Source of the DNA: Octopus vulgaris
Lineage: Eukaryota
DNA: 64,000 nt
Reading direction: 5' to 3'
Assembly: GCA_951406725.2 (NCBI GenBank)
Contig: OX597818.1
Span: 100,068,001 to 100,132,000, forward strand
Part shown: positions 28,090-41,800 of the stretch, one piece after another
Position numbering within the stretch: the stretch's first letter is position 1
How the letters are laid out: each line of letters begins with the position of its first letter
Notes under the pieces: generated by a model
Seen by the model: the letters and a program-made list of their open reading frames with translations, nothing else
What the model was told of the DNA's origin: nothing
Databases searched by the model: none
Made by a program: the position numbers and the translations under genes

Positions 28090-28166
28090 AGAGAAAAACC
28101 TCTATTAAACAATTCAATAGTGAAAGACATTATTCACACCATATAGAAAAAATAAAATAAATATAT

Positions 28167-28349
28167 TATAAAAAAGCTTATTCTAAAAATCAATAAAGTA
28201 CATAAACAATAAGTAGTAAATAGTAGTACATTGATTTTATTATTATTATCTATTTGAAAATATAGCCACGAAATGCACGTAGTTAATTTACTAATATTTA
28301 CTATTTCTTGTTTATGTACTTTATTGATTTTTAGGGTAAGGTTTTTATA
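28167..28349. repeat. Fold-back: ~60-bp inverted arms with ~60-bp spacer
   Basis: 28167-28228 versus reverse complement of 28289-28349 (CTAAAAATCAATAAAGTACATAAACAA exact). Confidence 0.88.
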
Positions 28350-28418
28350 GCATACATTGTGAAATTTGATTTCGAATTGCTAAATTGACTATTCCCTGTA
28401 AGTTTGGAATTATATTCC

Positions 28419-28492
<74 letters not shown>

Positions 28493-28742
28493 GTATATAT
28501 ATATGTAAGCTGTATTTAAATATGAGCTGCTACGAGTTTCCTGCAGCGGAAACCGAATAATTCAGCACATATTTACATATCATGCTTTGTCTCTTTATGC
28601 AAATCTTCAGGTTCGAATATATATCGCTGCTTTTATTTGTAAAGCAGGAGATGAAAGAAGAAGGATGAAAATAGTTTATTGAGAAAAGGCAGAACGAAGG
28701 AACAAAGGATAAATAAAAACGTGTTTATGTGTGGTGTTTGTG

Positions 28743-28815
<73 letters not shown>

Positions 28816-29499
28816 ACATGTCGGCTGTTAGATTTACGTCGGTGAATATTTCTTGATATTTCCGATCGCTGCCTGAATATTATCGATTGGACCAGATCCC
28901 CAAATTTTCTTAGTCTCAATATTTCGAGGTCAATTTCTCCGCCGATTTTGAACAGCTGTATACATTCTGTACTGCTGTTTGTATCCATAAACTTTTTTAT
29001 CAATGCAGTAAATTAGCTGGACGTACGTATTTAACGCACATTCCTAGCCGTCAATTATATATAATAAATATTACATTAAGTATCTAACATTTCTCCTTGA
29101 CGAAATGAAAATTTACACATATTGAAGCAGTAAAATACTGCTCAACTAGAGCTGAACACATTCAATTCTGTTCATAAATTTAGAATACGGCTTCATGTGT
29201 CACAGAAACATACATTGATCATAGGTATTTATAGCTACAACATGTGTATCAGCTTTATAAATACGTTGCACTAATTTGCATACACGATACAAGTGACAGT
29301 CACCGAATCGATATATTTGTATTAATGCATATTTAAAATTTGCCATATAATCTGCTTAATGTACTGTCGATAAATTCAGGTATGTATCTACGTACGTACG
29401 TACTTACTTATGAATGCATGTTCTAGTTCTGTTAACGTTTTGGCGTTCAGTCGAGTGTACTGGTATTGATGTGGCAACATTTGAAATTTTGTCTAGGTA

Positions 29500-29572
29500 A
29501 ATGCAGCTGATGAAGACTAATCAAATTTACGTTGTCGAACGTATTTAAAGAGTTAGAAACCGGTCCTGCATT
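29500..29572 (+). ncRNA. Minimal type-I hammerhead ribozyme with canonical core, inside an element ending at (TA)n near 29760
   Basis: Stem I AATGCAG/CTGCATT, CTGATGA (29507-29513), stem II with TACGTT-GTCG-AACGTA hairpin, GAAA (29556-29559), palindromic stem III ACCGGT, GUC triplet (cut after 29565). Confidence 0.82.
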
Positions 29573-29764
29573 ATCCGATTCTAGGTTGTCCATTTATCGA
29601 ATGTTCTTCCTAGAGGTAAGACAATTTTTTTCATGTTTGTTGCACACACACGTCTTTGCTTGTATATACGTAGTGAAGCTATACAATAGCGTCGTATTTA
29701 TATCGATTGCTATTTTCCAGTAAATATTGGTGCCTTGTTGTACCATTTATCTACTTTTATATAT

Positions 29765-30014
29765 ATCGCTGGTCACAATGCTCTTCGCATTGTTTAAGAC
29801 TTCAATGACGCCACCCCGCTGGGTAAGCGAGCAGGCCAACAGAAGAAAGAGTAAGAGAAAGTTGTGGCGAAAGAGTACAGCAGAGATCGTCACCGAGCCT
29901 CGTGGAGCTTTAGGTGTTTTCGCTTAATAAACACTCACAACGCCCGGTCTGGAAATCGAAACCGCGATCCTACAACCGCGAGTCCGCTGCCCTAACCACT
30001 GGGCCATTGCGCCT

Positions 30015-30016
<2 letters not shown>
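29765..30016 (-). mobile_element. Family B SINE, tail type 1
   Basis: Matches 8195-8459 and 14190-14478. Confidence 0.9.
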
Positions 30017-30058
<42 letters not shown>

Positions 30059-30104
30059 GTGTGTGTGTGTTTGTGTATGTACATATGTATTCGTATGTTT
30101 ATGT

Positions 30105-30286
30105 CGGAGTAGGTGTGTGATAAGTAGTTTGTTTACCAACCACATGTTTCCGGGTTCAGTCCTACTGCGTGGCACCTAGAGCAAGTGCTTTCTACTATAG
30201 CTTCGGGCCGACCAAAGCCTTGTGAGGGGGTTTGGTAGACGGAAAGCGAAAGAAGCCCGTCGTATATATGTATATATATATATATT

Positions 30287-30344
<58 letters not shown>

Positions 30345-30530
30345 ACTTTGTGTGTCTGTGTTTGTCCCTAACATCGCTTGACAACCGATACTTTTGTGTT
30401 TACATCCCCGTAACAAGCGGTTCGGTGAAAGAGACCGATAGAATAAGTACTAAGCATATAAAAAATAAGTCCTGGGGTCGATTTGCTCGTCTAAAATGTG
30501 GTGCTCCAGCATGGTCACAGTCAAATGACT
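30105..30530 (+). mobile_element. Full family C SINE (head, central microsatellite, 3' half)
   Basis: GGTTCAGTCC B box, CORE-like GGCACCTAGAGCAAGTG, (TA)(TG) centre, 3' half ending CAGTCAAATGACT. Confidence 0.88.
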
Positions 30531-30619
30531 AATATATATAAGTAAAAGAACGTTTATGTGTATTTTTATAAATTTATAAATGTAGATATATATTTCTATA
30601 TATTTGCTTATGTGTAGTT

Positions 30620-30830
30620 CTTTTGTTTTAGTTATTTGACTGCGGCCAATCTGGACCACAGTTTTTAGTCGAACAAATCGACCCCGTGGGCCTATTTTTG
30701 TAAGCATAGTACTTATTCTACTGGTCTTTTTTGTCGAATCACTAAGTTAGAACAAACGTAAACACACCAGCATCGGTTACTAAGCGATGGTGTGTGAGTG
30801 TGGGGGACAAACACAGACAGACACTCACAG
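30620..30830 (-). mobile_element. Family C SINE 3' half, tail-to-tail with the preceding copy
   Basis: Reverse complement of 30345-30530. Confidence 0.82.
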
Positions 30831-31206
30831 ACACACACACAACCTTCACACATACATACACATACACATAAATACATGCATATACATCCATGAATGTGTC
30901 TGCGCATGTGCAAGTTTGGGTGTCGTTGCTCTGTGATGCTTGTCAATTACGGTGATATTGCAACAATCTTATAAAAGTGAGGTGGGTGGAGTCCATAGTG
31001 AGATTAACCAAAAATAACAACGGATAATCAGAGAGTAATTTGATGAAAAAGCAAAACGAGAAATTAATTGAGAGTGAGCAATCGGGAGAATAAAGCACTT
31101 AGTCAGGAAGTGTAGAAGTTAATGTTTTTTTTGGGGGGAAAAACAATTGAGATTTGCAGTTTATAATTTTGCTGATTTCTCATACGCATATGTAGATATG
31201 TATACG

Positions 31207-31258
<52 letters not shown>

Positions 31259-31259
<1 letters not shown>

Positions 31260-31803
31260 TGGGTCGCCCGGAAAGTTTGTGCCGATTTTTAAAGGAAAGA
31301 AAAAGGTCAATATATACTAGCCATTACATTTTTAATCAACCAAATACGAACCATTTTGTTGCACAATGCGTCTCCATCTTCCCTTTAACTTGAAACTACC
31401 CTCTTCTCAGAATTGAGGTGGGTTAATGCCAAAGAATTCATCAAGGTGTCATTTTACGTCATCCAAGGAATTGAAGTTTTTACCATTAAGATTATTCTGC
31501 AGAGACCTGAATAAGTGGAAATCCGAAGGAGCAATACCTGGTGAATATGGAGGTTGGGGTAACACATCCCAGCCGAGCTGCAGCAATTTTTGGCTGGTTC
31601 CCAAAGCATCAAGTGCCGAAAATAAACTTTTTTATCTTCCATTTTAAAGGGTTACAGAATTAACACAGGTTATAGGAACATAAACCTTCTTCCATGAAAA
31701 GGTAGCTTAAACTGTGCTCTAAATGGAGGTGTAGTCAAATCCTATTTCATGGACTCGACCAAGTTCTAAAATAAGTCGAAAGGTAAGCTATTTTCCGGAC
31801 AAC

Positions 31804-31807
<4 letters not shown>
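31259..31807 (-). mobile_element. Internally deleted mariner DNA transposon
   Basis: TIRs TTGGGTCGCCCGGAAA / TTTCCGGACAACCCAA with TA flanks. Minus strand MEDKKVYFRHLMLW is fused to LGWDVLPQPPYSPGIAPSDFHLFRSL...RWRRIVQQNGSY. Confidence 0.93.
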
Positions 31808-31843
<36 letters not shown>

Positions 31844-31850
<7 letters not shown>

Positions 31851-31950
31851 ACCGACCAGACCATCAGATGTTGTTACAGATCGCTGGTCACAATGCGCTC
31901 GCATTGTTTTAGCCTTTGAATGACGCCACCCCGCTGGCTAAGCGAGCAGG

Positions 31951-31954
<4 letters not shown>
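31844..31954 (-). mobile_element. Family B SINE 3' fragment
   Basis: CACGTGACCGACCAGACCATCAG...GCTAAGCGAGCAGGCC. Confidence 0.85.
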
Positions 31955-31985
<31 letters not shown>

Positions 31986-32796
31986 GTGTTTGTGTGTGTG
32001 TTGTATATATAGTTATGTATGTGTGTATATGTTTACGTGTGCTTGTGTATTTGCATATACACGAACTGTTAAGAGGACTAGAATGAAGACCGCGAGAGTA
32101 TGAGAAACAATTGTATTTATGATTAAAGAAGAAGCGAAATAACTCAACCCACACTGATCTCTTATACATAACGTATATTGGAGCCATGTCTCAATACACT
32201 TTTGTAGTAGCTGAACATACTATAATGATTAATCAACTATGTGTTTACAGCTTGAGAAGAAAATACCACTTAATGTAGATTCTTCATTCTAATCATTTAC
32301 TCATTGTATGTTGATAGAGTGTAAAGTAAAGATTCACATTCTTGCATGACTCTGTGTATTTGCAAATTTTGTATTTCGACTTCATTTTTATTACTTTCAG
32401 TAATTAGTTGCGTTTATCTTTTCCATCATCTGCTTACTGCTCAGTTTTGTAGATAACTGTATTTAGTATCATCGTGCTGCCCGATGTAGTGCAATTTCGT
32501 ATTTAAAATTTGTTGATGATGTCATATGCTAAGAAGCCGCATATTTCCCCGAGAGCAAAATGAGATATACACCGTTGACACTGCTCCCCTTGGAGACGAA
32601 ACTAGTTTCAGGTCGGTTACGCTTATTCTCTCCATATTAGAATATAAAATAAAACACACTTGTATATTATTTCGTGTAAAGAATAGAACATAGAATGAGA
32701 TTCAACTTTAGTTCGTAACTTTAGCGATACGTATCTGTAATACAGGTAGTTCTCTGTTAACAGGGATGTTTGTAAGCAAAACAAAATAGAAAAAAA

Positions 32797-32945
32797 ATGT
32801 GTTTACGCCCCCGTACCTTAGCGGTTCGGCAAAATATACCGATAGAATAAGTACTAGGCTTACAAAGAATAAGTCCTGGGATCGACTTGCTCGACTAAAG
32901 GCGGTGCTACTGCATGCCCACAGTCACATGGCTGAAACAAGTAAA
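32797..32945 (+). mobile_element. Family C SINE 3' fragment
   Basis: TTAGCGGTTCGGCAAAA..CCGATAGAATAAGTACT. Confidence 0.8.
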
Positions 32946-33337
32946 AAAAAAAAATCTACAAAAGAAACGAAAATGAAAGTTGCAGAATTTTGTAACTGAA
33001 ACTCTAAACATCATTTCTGACGGAATGGCAGCTTGTTCGTTTATATTTTAGCAAAGAATTTAAGTTAGTGATTGATATAAACTAGATAATTTACGTTCCA
33101 CTGACGTAAGTTAACCAAGCATGTTTAATACAGAGTTTGACATAACATAACTTTAGTTAAGAAAAAAAAAAAAAGAAACATCGAAACAGACATTTATAAT
33201 TATCCACACATTAACAATTGGTCATATCTACTTATTCAGTCAAACGGAAGCAGAAACAAATCTCTGTTAATGACGAAACCTTCATGTTACATTCAAAACC
33301 TCCCACGTTCTAACCAGATGTAAGTGTCTATCACTTT

Positions 33338-33421
<84 letters not shown>

Positions 33422-33760
33422 TATATGGTAGTTTTTGTTGCGTTCATGCAACTTTATCGTTTTCGTTTCTTCCACTGAATATATTACACATACGTGGCTA
33501 AATACTAAATGATATTCATGCAGAAAATACAGTGGGAATGTAATTACCAGACTAAAATAATGCCTTCTGAGAATGTTAGTAGCTCATTATAGCTTTAATT
33601 AGAAAAGTAGACTGCTGCTTTTGCCTTAATTAATCCACAAGTTGTTTGTAAGTATTTGTGTAAGTATAATCAATACATATTATATATCTATATCTGTATA
33701 TATGTGTGTGTGTGTTGGTATAATTGTAAATACGTATGTATAGTTATACATATATAAGCA

Positions 33761-33793
<33 letters not shown>

Positions 33794-34154
33794 GTATGTA
33801 TATCTCTCTCTCCTCTCTCTCTCTTTATATATATATATTTATATTTATATATATATACATATACCGCTTAAATTCTATGAGCTTCGACTATTTCCGCTCA
33901 ACTTCATACTAATCAGTATGAAATTTTAGGAATGTATGCATGTTTATATTTCAGTTGTTGACTATGCATTTTGCATACTGGTTTAAAGAGATACGTATAT
34001 GCCAAAACACAAACACCCGCATACACATACACACATACATACACATACATACACAAACACGCACACATACACATATATGTAGTTTATATGTAGTTGTAAT
34101 AAGAAGATAAGTGAAAGAGTGACATTCTGAAATCATTTAACACATGTATAAGCA

Positions 34155-34540
34155 CAACTGTGTGGCTCTGTGGTGAGAACCTGGCTTCCCAACCACATGG
34201 TTTCGGGTTCAGTCCGACTGCATTGCACCTTGGGTAGTGTCTTCTGCTATAGTCTCGCGCCGACCAAAGCCTTGTGAGTGGATTTGGTAGACGGAAACTG
34301 AAAGAAGCCCGATGTATTTATATACATATATGTATATGTTTGTGTCTCTATTTGTACCCCACCATCGCTTAACAACCGCTGTTAGTATTTTTGCGTCACC
34401 GTAACTTAGCGGTTCGGCAAAACGAAACCGATAGAATAAGTACTTGGCTTACAAGAAAAAAATACTGGGGTCGATTTCTTCGACTAAAAGCGGCGCTCCA
34501 GCATAGCCGCGCTCAAAGGACTGAAACAAATAATAGAATA
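34155..34540 (+). mobile_element. Full family C SINE
   Basis: TGGCTCTGTGG A box, GGTTCAGTCC B box, CACCTTGGG, 3' half as at 30345-30530. Confidence 0.88.
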
Positions 34541-34544
34541 AAAG

Positions 34545-34906
34545 AACAATAGCACTCAGAGAGCGCAAATATCCGCCAAGGGGAACACCAAACGATTAGC
34601 CAGAGATGATTTTTAAAATGAGAAACTCTGAAACAAACTTGACTGGTCTCAAAAACGAGAATACTAAAAATGAACTCGACCGATCTAAAAGGTTTAGTAA
34701 AAAAAAAAGGAAAAAATAATCCAGAGTCCTTTTCCGGTACCGGATCGATCTCAAAATCTAATAAGTTCGTGCCAGTTATGAGGCGAAAAATGCCCGAATT
34801 TTTTATCCGAATCCATCCAACGGTTCTTGAGATATCTTGCCCACGAACAAACAAACAAACACCACAGAGAATGGTACCTCCGCGTTGGTTATGGCGGACG
34901 TAATAA
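34545..34906 (-). mobile_element. Non-autonomous Helentron-type (HINE/DINE-1-like) element
   Basis: Minus strand starts TTATTACGTCCGCCA, contains a (GTTT)n microsatellite, a subterminal inverted TGGCGGA and a 3' hairpin GCGCTC-TCT-GAGTGC. Confidence 0.78.
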
Positions 34907-35645
34907 AAGAGCATGTATCAGGTTTGTGTAAAATATATATTCGGAAATTGATACATTACATAATTTTGAAATGTTTAACTGAGGAAGGTTTACGTAGTGG
35001 GTGCATTTTCTAATACATATTACACAATCCTGAAACATTCTTTTTCAGTAATTGTAAAATATCACTATTGTGTTTTATTTCATTATTACAAGTTGTACGA
35101 CTCGATGCCAGTACAATGTTAACGGTCTAGAATCCATTGATATGGATACTCTGTAATATTTGACTCGACCCCCAAATCTCTGGTAGCGTGCGGTGCTACT
35201 TAGTGTAAGACGAATTACACAGACACAGAAAGATAAACATGTACACTATCACAAACACACACACAGAGACGTTTTCAAATATTGATGCCCTCGGTATTCA
35301 TGAGTTGCTGGGAATCTGACCCCTGCTTAGCATGATATCTGTCCTTTACTAGTCTCTCATGGGGACACACTCTTCATGAGTAAAACTAGGCAGAGGGGAA
35401 TAGGCGAAAGACATTCGGTTGTAGCATAACTGTAAACCAAACGGGGTTGTTTTTACAGAGAGTGCTTCTCCCATTCTGGTTGAATCATAAGATTAGGTGA
35501 GGAAAAGGTGAATGTGTAAGAAGCTCACTTAACTGCTTGGAAAAACAAGAATAATCAACTTCACAATCGAATGATATCAATTTCTATATTTTTACACCAT
35601 ACACACACACACACACACACAAATGCGAGATGCATGCATATAATA

Positions 35646-35705
<60 letters not shown>

Positions 35706-36529
35706 AATATATATATACATGTAAATATATATTTGTATATATATATGTATCATATATTATTTATGAAATGAAAATGTCAACAAGTTTATATTAGGTGGAT
35801 TCCAATGCAAATGTCAAGGATATCATGAAATCAATAATAACTTACTCACATGCTCCGTTATATTCCACTACAGGTAATGTCAAAATGCTTTTCAGAATCC
35901 GTGTTTGATCAATATCTGCTTAAATCCAAGGCGTATATCGCTAGCTTCATTAGTTAAACGAAGCGAAATTCACCATGTTCAAATATACGTCCATTAAACC
36001 AGTTCTGTATATAAGTTTATAATTGTTGAAGTTCACCTTATTTAACTACGGTTGCAATTTTATCTTGCCCATATGTTGATGTCTTATTTACCCAAAATGT
36101 CAAAGGTTTCTGTTGTAGTCATTGGCTGTATGTTATAATAATGACAAAAGAACTGATATTGTATTTATTTTTTGTCTCACTTCACGTTCACTTAAATAGG
36201 TAATCGAGTTCTTTATAGTCAAAGCGTCAGTAGAGTCAAAAAGTGAATAAATCTTCGCTATTAAACTTCTTGGTACAGATGGCGGCTATAACCAAATCGA
36301 ACGGAAACATCTTAAGAAAAGATAGCTGGACAATACAGAGAATGATATATAAAACTGCGGCGTGTTTATGTAGCGACTGCCCCTCTAGTAACGATGTTTT
36401 GATGAGGACTGTCTTGAGATCAGAAAGCAAGATCAATGGAATTAAAATAATCAGCCTGCTATATGTATGAGGACTGCAAAGAGACTTCATGTACACACAC
36501 ACACACGCACACATATATGTGTGTATATA

Positions 36530-36566
<37 letters not shown>

Positions 36567-36582
36567 TTATATGTATGTGTGT

Positions 36583-36878
36583 GGAGGCGCAATGGCCCAG
36601 TGGTTAGGGACTCGTGATCGGAGGATCGCGGTTTCGATTCCCAGACCTGGGGTTGTGTGTTTATTCAGCGAAAACACCTAAAGCTCCACGAGGCTCCGGC
36701 AGGGGTGGGGGGTGGCGACCCCTGTTGTACTCTTCCGCCCTACCTTTCTCTCACTCTTTCTTCCTGTTTCTTGAGTAACGCTGCGATGGACTGGCGTCTC
36801 GTCCAGCTGGGGTGAACACATACACCATAGAATCCGGGAAACTAGGCCCGTGAGCCTGGCTAGGCTTGAATAGGGCGT
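36583..36878 (+). mobile_element. Family B SINE, tail type 3
   Basis: B head. Tail CTGCGATGGACTGGCGTCTCGTCCAG is unlike other B copies. Confidence 0.85.
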
Positions 36879-37599
36879 ATAAAAAAATTAAAAACTTATG
36901 TATATGTATGTATATATTTACATTATATATATATATCAACACAGATAAACTAAAATAATTGAGGATATCTAGCTTTAGATTGTTCAATAGTTCTCTGAAT
37001 TACAAATGTAAGAATCATAGCAGTGACTAAGATTAAAATACAGGTGAGAATTCTGCCAACATGTTCATATTGGAGAGAATTTAGTACACTTTTAGTCCCT
37101 CAATTTAGATTTCAAGAGAAAGGTGCTAGAATGGAAGATTAGGTCTTGGTAGCAAAGGAAGAGAGTTTATCAATAGCAACATATTTACAAAATATTTATT
37201 AGACACAGGCATTATGTGTTAGATAGAGAAGGATGGTCTTCATTAAGACGAATAGGTACTTGATTTGAAATTCTCAACTGGAGGTACACATATTTCCAAG
37301 ATCTACATACGAAGGTAATCATGCATGAGAGTTCAACTATGCATGGTGTACACTGCCATGCAGTATAATAAATTCATCACAAAACAACTGACACATGCAA
37401 CTGTCATCATCACCATTTAACGCTCATTTTCCATGCTGGCATGGACGGGGGGGGGGTGGTGATAGGAGCTGAATATGTGTATATCTATCTATCTAGCTAT
37501 CTATGTATCTATATATATATATATGTGTGTGTGTATGTTTCTATTTCTCTGTCTCTCACTCTGTCTCTGTCTCTCTGTCTCTGTCTCTGTCTCTCTCTG

Positions 37600-37665
<66 letters not shown>

Positions 37666-38592
37666 TATCTCTCTATCTATCTATCTAAATATTTTTGTGT
37701 ATGTGCCTGTGTGTATTGTGTATTCGTGCCTCCGCGCTGATGTGTGCGAACGTGCATGTGCACTTGGGTGTGTACCTGTGTGTGTACGTGTGTGTGTGTG
37801 TGTGAGTGTGTGCGTGCGTGTGTACGTGTGCGTGGTATTGTTAATATATCTAAGAAAATCTCGATATTAATGTGGTTAAAGTTTGAAATGCTTCGTTCTC
37901 ATTTTCTATATTTTGATTCTGAACAGTCAAAAGACATTTTTAATATTTCCCATTCATTTGATGAAAGCATAAATTTCAATTGCCACCGCTATAAATATAA
38001 GGCTGCAGAACGTTAAAACAAGAATAAAAACACACGTTGAAAGAACCATTCTAGAATATTGATTTAACACGCTGAAACAAGGACACACATTTGCAAGGGT
38101 GGGTTACGCCAATTCTATTGACTCTTGGACATTCATTCAATCAATTTTATCGATACCGACTTAATGAAAGATAACAAAGCACCACCATGCATTTTCAGTT
38201 TATCACAATCTAGAAATCATGTCTGAATACGATTTCAATTGAAATCATCGAAATAAAAATTAAAGTCTATGAATATAACATCAATTAATGTAAAATAAAA
38301 TACGAAGATTAAAATTCCTTCGAAAACGCTGAAATGCAGGTGGAAACGTGAGGATTTGGCTTTAATATTCCCGAGTTAAAATTAGTTTGCGAAAAGAATT
38401 ATATGTTAATTTAATTCTAAATAATATAAAATCTATTTCTAACTAACTATATATATATATAATAATTCTTTATATGTAAACATACATGCATGCACTCACA
38501 TATACATATTCTGAATGGGAAGTATATATACACAATGCATACGCATGAGAGTCTCTCTCTTCCCATCTCTTTCTTCCTCGCTTTCTATCTAC

Positions 38593-38722
<130 letters not shown>

Positions 38723-40527
38723 GTGTATGTGTGTGTGCTTGCGTGCGTATTGTCGAACACTATATCCTGTTTATGCCATCTAACTGTTCAGGGAATTCAA
38801 GCTCTCTCTTACGAGATGACAACACCGTATTTTTACCGATAAGGGTTAGAGATTCCTCTATCAGCTTCTGCTTCAGATTTCTTAAGTGAAACCCTTTCAT
38901 TATAATTCTATCCTCATAATTCTATACCTACCAGAGACAGCAAATCTCGCATTTCGAAACCTTCTTGTACGTTCAGATAATGCTATCCACGTTTCTTCGA
39001 AGTGAAGCAAGGACTATAAGGGCTACTTACGACATAAACAAGTGCCAGATCATATTTCATAGTTTAACAAAAGCTGCCGTTGCTAAGGTGATTCGTTGAT
39101 TTCACCTCTCTGTCGCTCACTCTCTCACCCTCTGTATATCTTCCTTTATGCTCCCACTTTCGCTCTCTCTCCCTCTTTCTCTCTCTGTCTCTCTCACTGT
39201 ATCGCTATTCTTTAATACTTGTGTAGATTATTTGTTGAAATCCTAAAAACCCTCAAACGGCTAGCTTCAAACAGTAAGCTAAGTTTTCGTTATATTCAGT
39301 TTCAGGCTATGTATTTGTACAAATCTTAAATTCTTAAAATATATATTTATACACATTAATATGGAAAACAGACTGGATCAAGGATCATATGCTCTGACGT
39401 AATGTATGTTTGAACCGTCCGGAGTGCAAATTTCTTTCTTAGATAAAACTACTTAAAAAATAGCATATATTTTCAAAGCTTATTTCTTTAGAAGCCTAGT
39501 CAAATTGTATGATGGACATATTCAATTTTCCAAAGATCGCACATATTAACGTTGTCAGGATATATAATATTTACCTAGAGGGCGTGAATGAGTACCGTAG
39601 ATCATGGCAACATTTAGTGTAGGCTTGAACAGAATGGAAATTATGGAGGCGTTATACAGCATTACCGAGTGTAAGGTGATCGTAAGGCGTCAGCTGTCAG
39701 ATAGTTCTGTAGATCGCAATAAAAACGATCACTGTGATATTCTATATTTTAGTTGTATGTTCCTGAAATTTGGTACAACTGATTTACGCATTTATGTATG
39801 TATCTAGCTGCGTATATATGAGCTCATATGTGGGTTTGTATGTATGTATACAGGCATATTTGAACATACACTCAAACTAATAAGAATGTGCATTTTCATA
39901 TCTAATCTTATGCAATTTTGTAGACACAACCAATTCTAAAGCAACAGGCGTATACACATGGAACTAAGGACACATAGACATTCATAAATAATTAACAAGA
40001 GAAATCATTTTGGGTCATACTACGTATGTCGAACCATATTGTTGTCCAAAAGAAATTAAAATAACCGATATAGCAAGGAAAAAATATGACAAAAGTCAAA
40101 TTAGAAAAAATAATCGATGAAGAAAACTACAAATATTTGACTAAAAACAAATCAACAAATAATTTCATTCCAACAAGATTAAACTAATGAAAATCCGATC
40201 TAATCAAATTAGATTAATCGAAGGAAGGAGCGATTGAATGAAAATTAATCGAAGTCACGTTCCACCAAATCAAAGCCATCGATGTGAGACTTTGCCAAAT
40301 GAGATTATTTAAGATATAGAACAAATCGATTTCTCAGATCGAAACTTGATCAGATCAAAATCTTCCTTCTTTCATCGAAGCAAATATTTAGTTTTTATTG
40401 AATGAGAAAATTACTAAGTTGTTGGTTATAAATTAAGTGTGAATCATGTAAGGAAACTTTGCTGTGGACATTTAAGCTATCTTATGCACCTAAGGGTTGT
40501 AATAAGATCTAATGTTATACATAAATG

Positions 40528-40560
<33 letters not shown>

Positions 40561-40690
40561 TATATATAAATTATATATATATATATAAATATATATATAT
40601 AATATATATACATATATATATATATAAAAAAAAATATATATATATGTATGTATATGTATGAATATATATATATATATGTATGTATATGTA

Positions 40691-40735
<45 letters not shown>

Positions 40736-40750
40736 ATGTATGTATATGTA

Positions 40751-40810
<60 letters not shown>

Positions 40811-40854
40811 ATGTATATATGCATACGTACATGCATATACACACACACACCTAT

Positions 40855-41130
40855 AAGGAGCGGGTATGGCCGTGTGATTAAATAAAATGTCATTGCAGCC
40901 AAGTGATTTCGGATTTACATCCAATACATCGCCACTTGGGCAAATGATTCTTTGGAAGCTAGTTCTACAGATCCGGAGACGCGCGCGTGTTCTTTGTGCT
41001 AGACTCCACGCTTGACATATGGCTTGATTTGCTCATTTGCCCTTTAGCATAAAAGATGGAGAAAGAACGATAAAAGAAATTACCAGACTATAAAGACTAA
41101 GTACTGGGGTCGACTTATCTAACTAAACCC
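40855..41130 (+). mobile_element. Highly degraded SINE C head and SINE A body fragments
   Basis: TGGCCGTGTG..CACTTGGGCAAATG and GTACTGGGGTCGA motifs. Confidence 0.5.
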
Positions 41131-41450
41131 ATTGAATGAGAGAAGGTGTGCGAGGTCGATGAAGGGAATGTGTTAATAAAACTTAAAGGTCCTTTCATAC
41201 CCGTATTATATATCCTCGGTTTCCAATGTAGACACAATGCTTGTAAAACATTTTTCGCACTGAGAAATGAAAGATATGATTGTTTTCTTGACTTTTAACC
41301 ACATCTTTAGGACACATTTATTCATTATTGTGATCACAGTGATAATAATTCCTTTTTGATGTTTATTGTAGACAAAATCAAGACAAAAGGATCACCTTTC
41401 TGTACTGATTTGCAAAACAATACAGGCTTTCCGAACGTATTTTCATGAGG

Positions 41451-41570
41451 GCATGTTTTATAGAGATTATATATGAAGAGCATATTTTATAGAGAATATA
41501 TATGGAGAGCATGCTTTATGTAGAATATATATATGGAGACCGTGTTTTATAGGGAATATATGTGCAGGAG
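41451..41570. repeat. Minisatellite, 4 x ~29 bp
   Basis: Unit GCATGTTTTATAGAGAATATATATGGAGA at 41451, 41480, 41509 and 41540. Confidence 0.85.
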
Positions 41571-41702
41571 CTTTAAATGTATGCCTCGGTTTCTTCTAAA
41601 GAATTGCGTAATACTGTCAATAGGAAGAACGATTGCTTGAAATTTGCTCCTATGTTTTGCGTTTCATAATAATCTTTTACTCTTTTTACTTTTTACTTGT
41701 GG

Positions 41703-41773
<71 letters not shown>

Positions 41774-41800
41774 TACGACGGGCTTCTTCAGTTTCCGTCG

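Noticed and set aside
28725-29003. ORF MDTNSSTECIQLFKIGGEIDLEIL...
   Set aside because: Only ~60 non-repeat codons, runs into (CA)n, and has no recognisable motif; within chance expectation.
34960-35045. CUGAGGA...stem...GAAAC hammerhead candidate
   Set aside because: Stem II is plausible but there is no room or pairing for stem I.
41451-41570. CRISPR-like array
   Set aside because: Head-to-tail units with no spacers, in a eukaryotic context.
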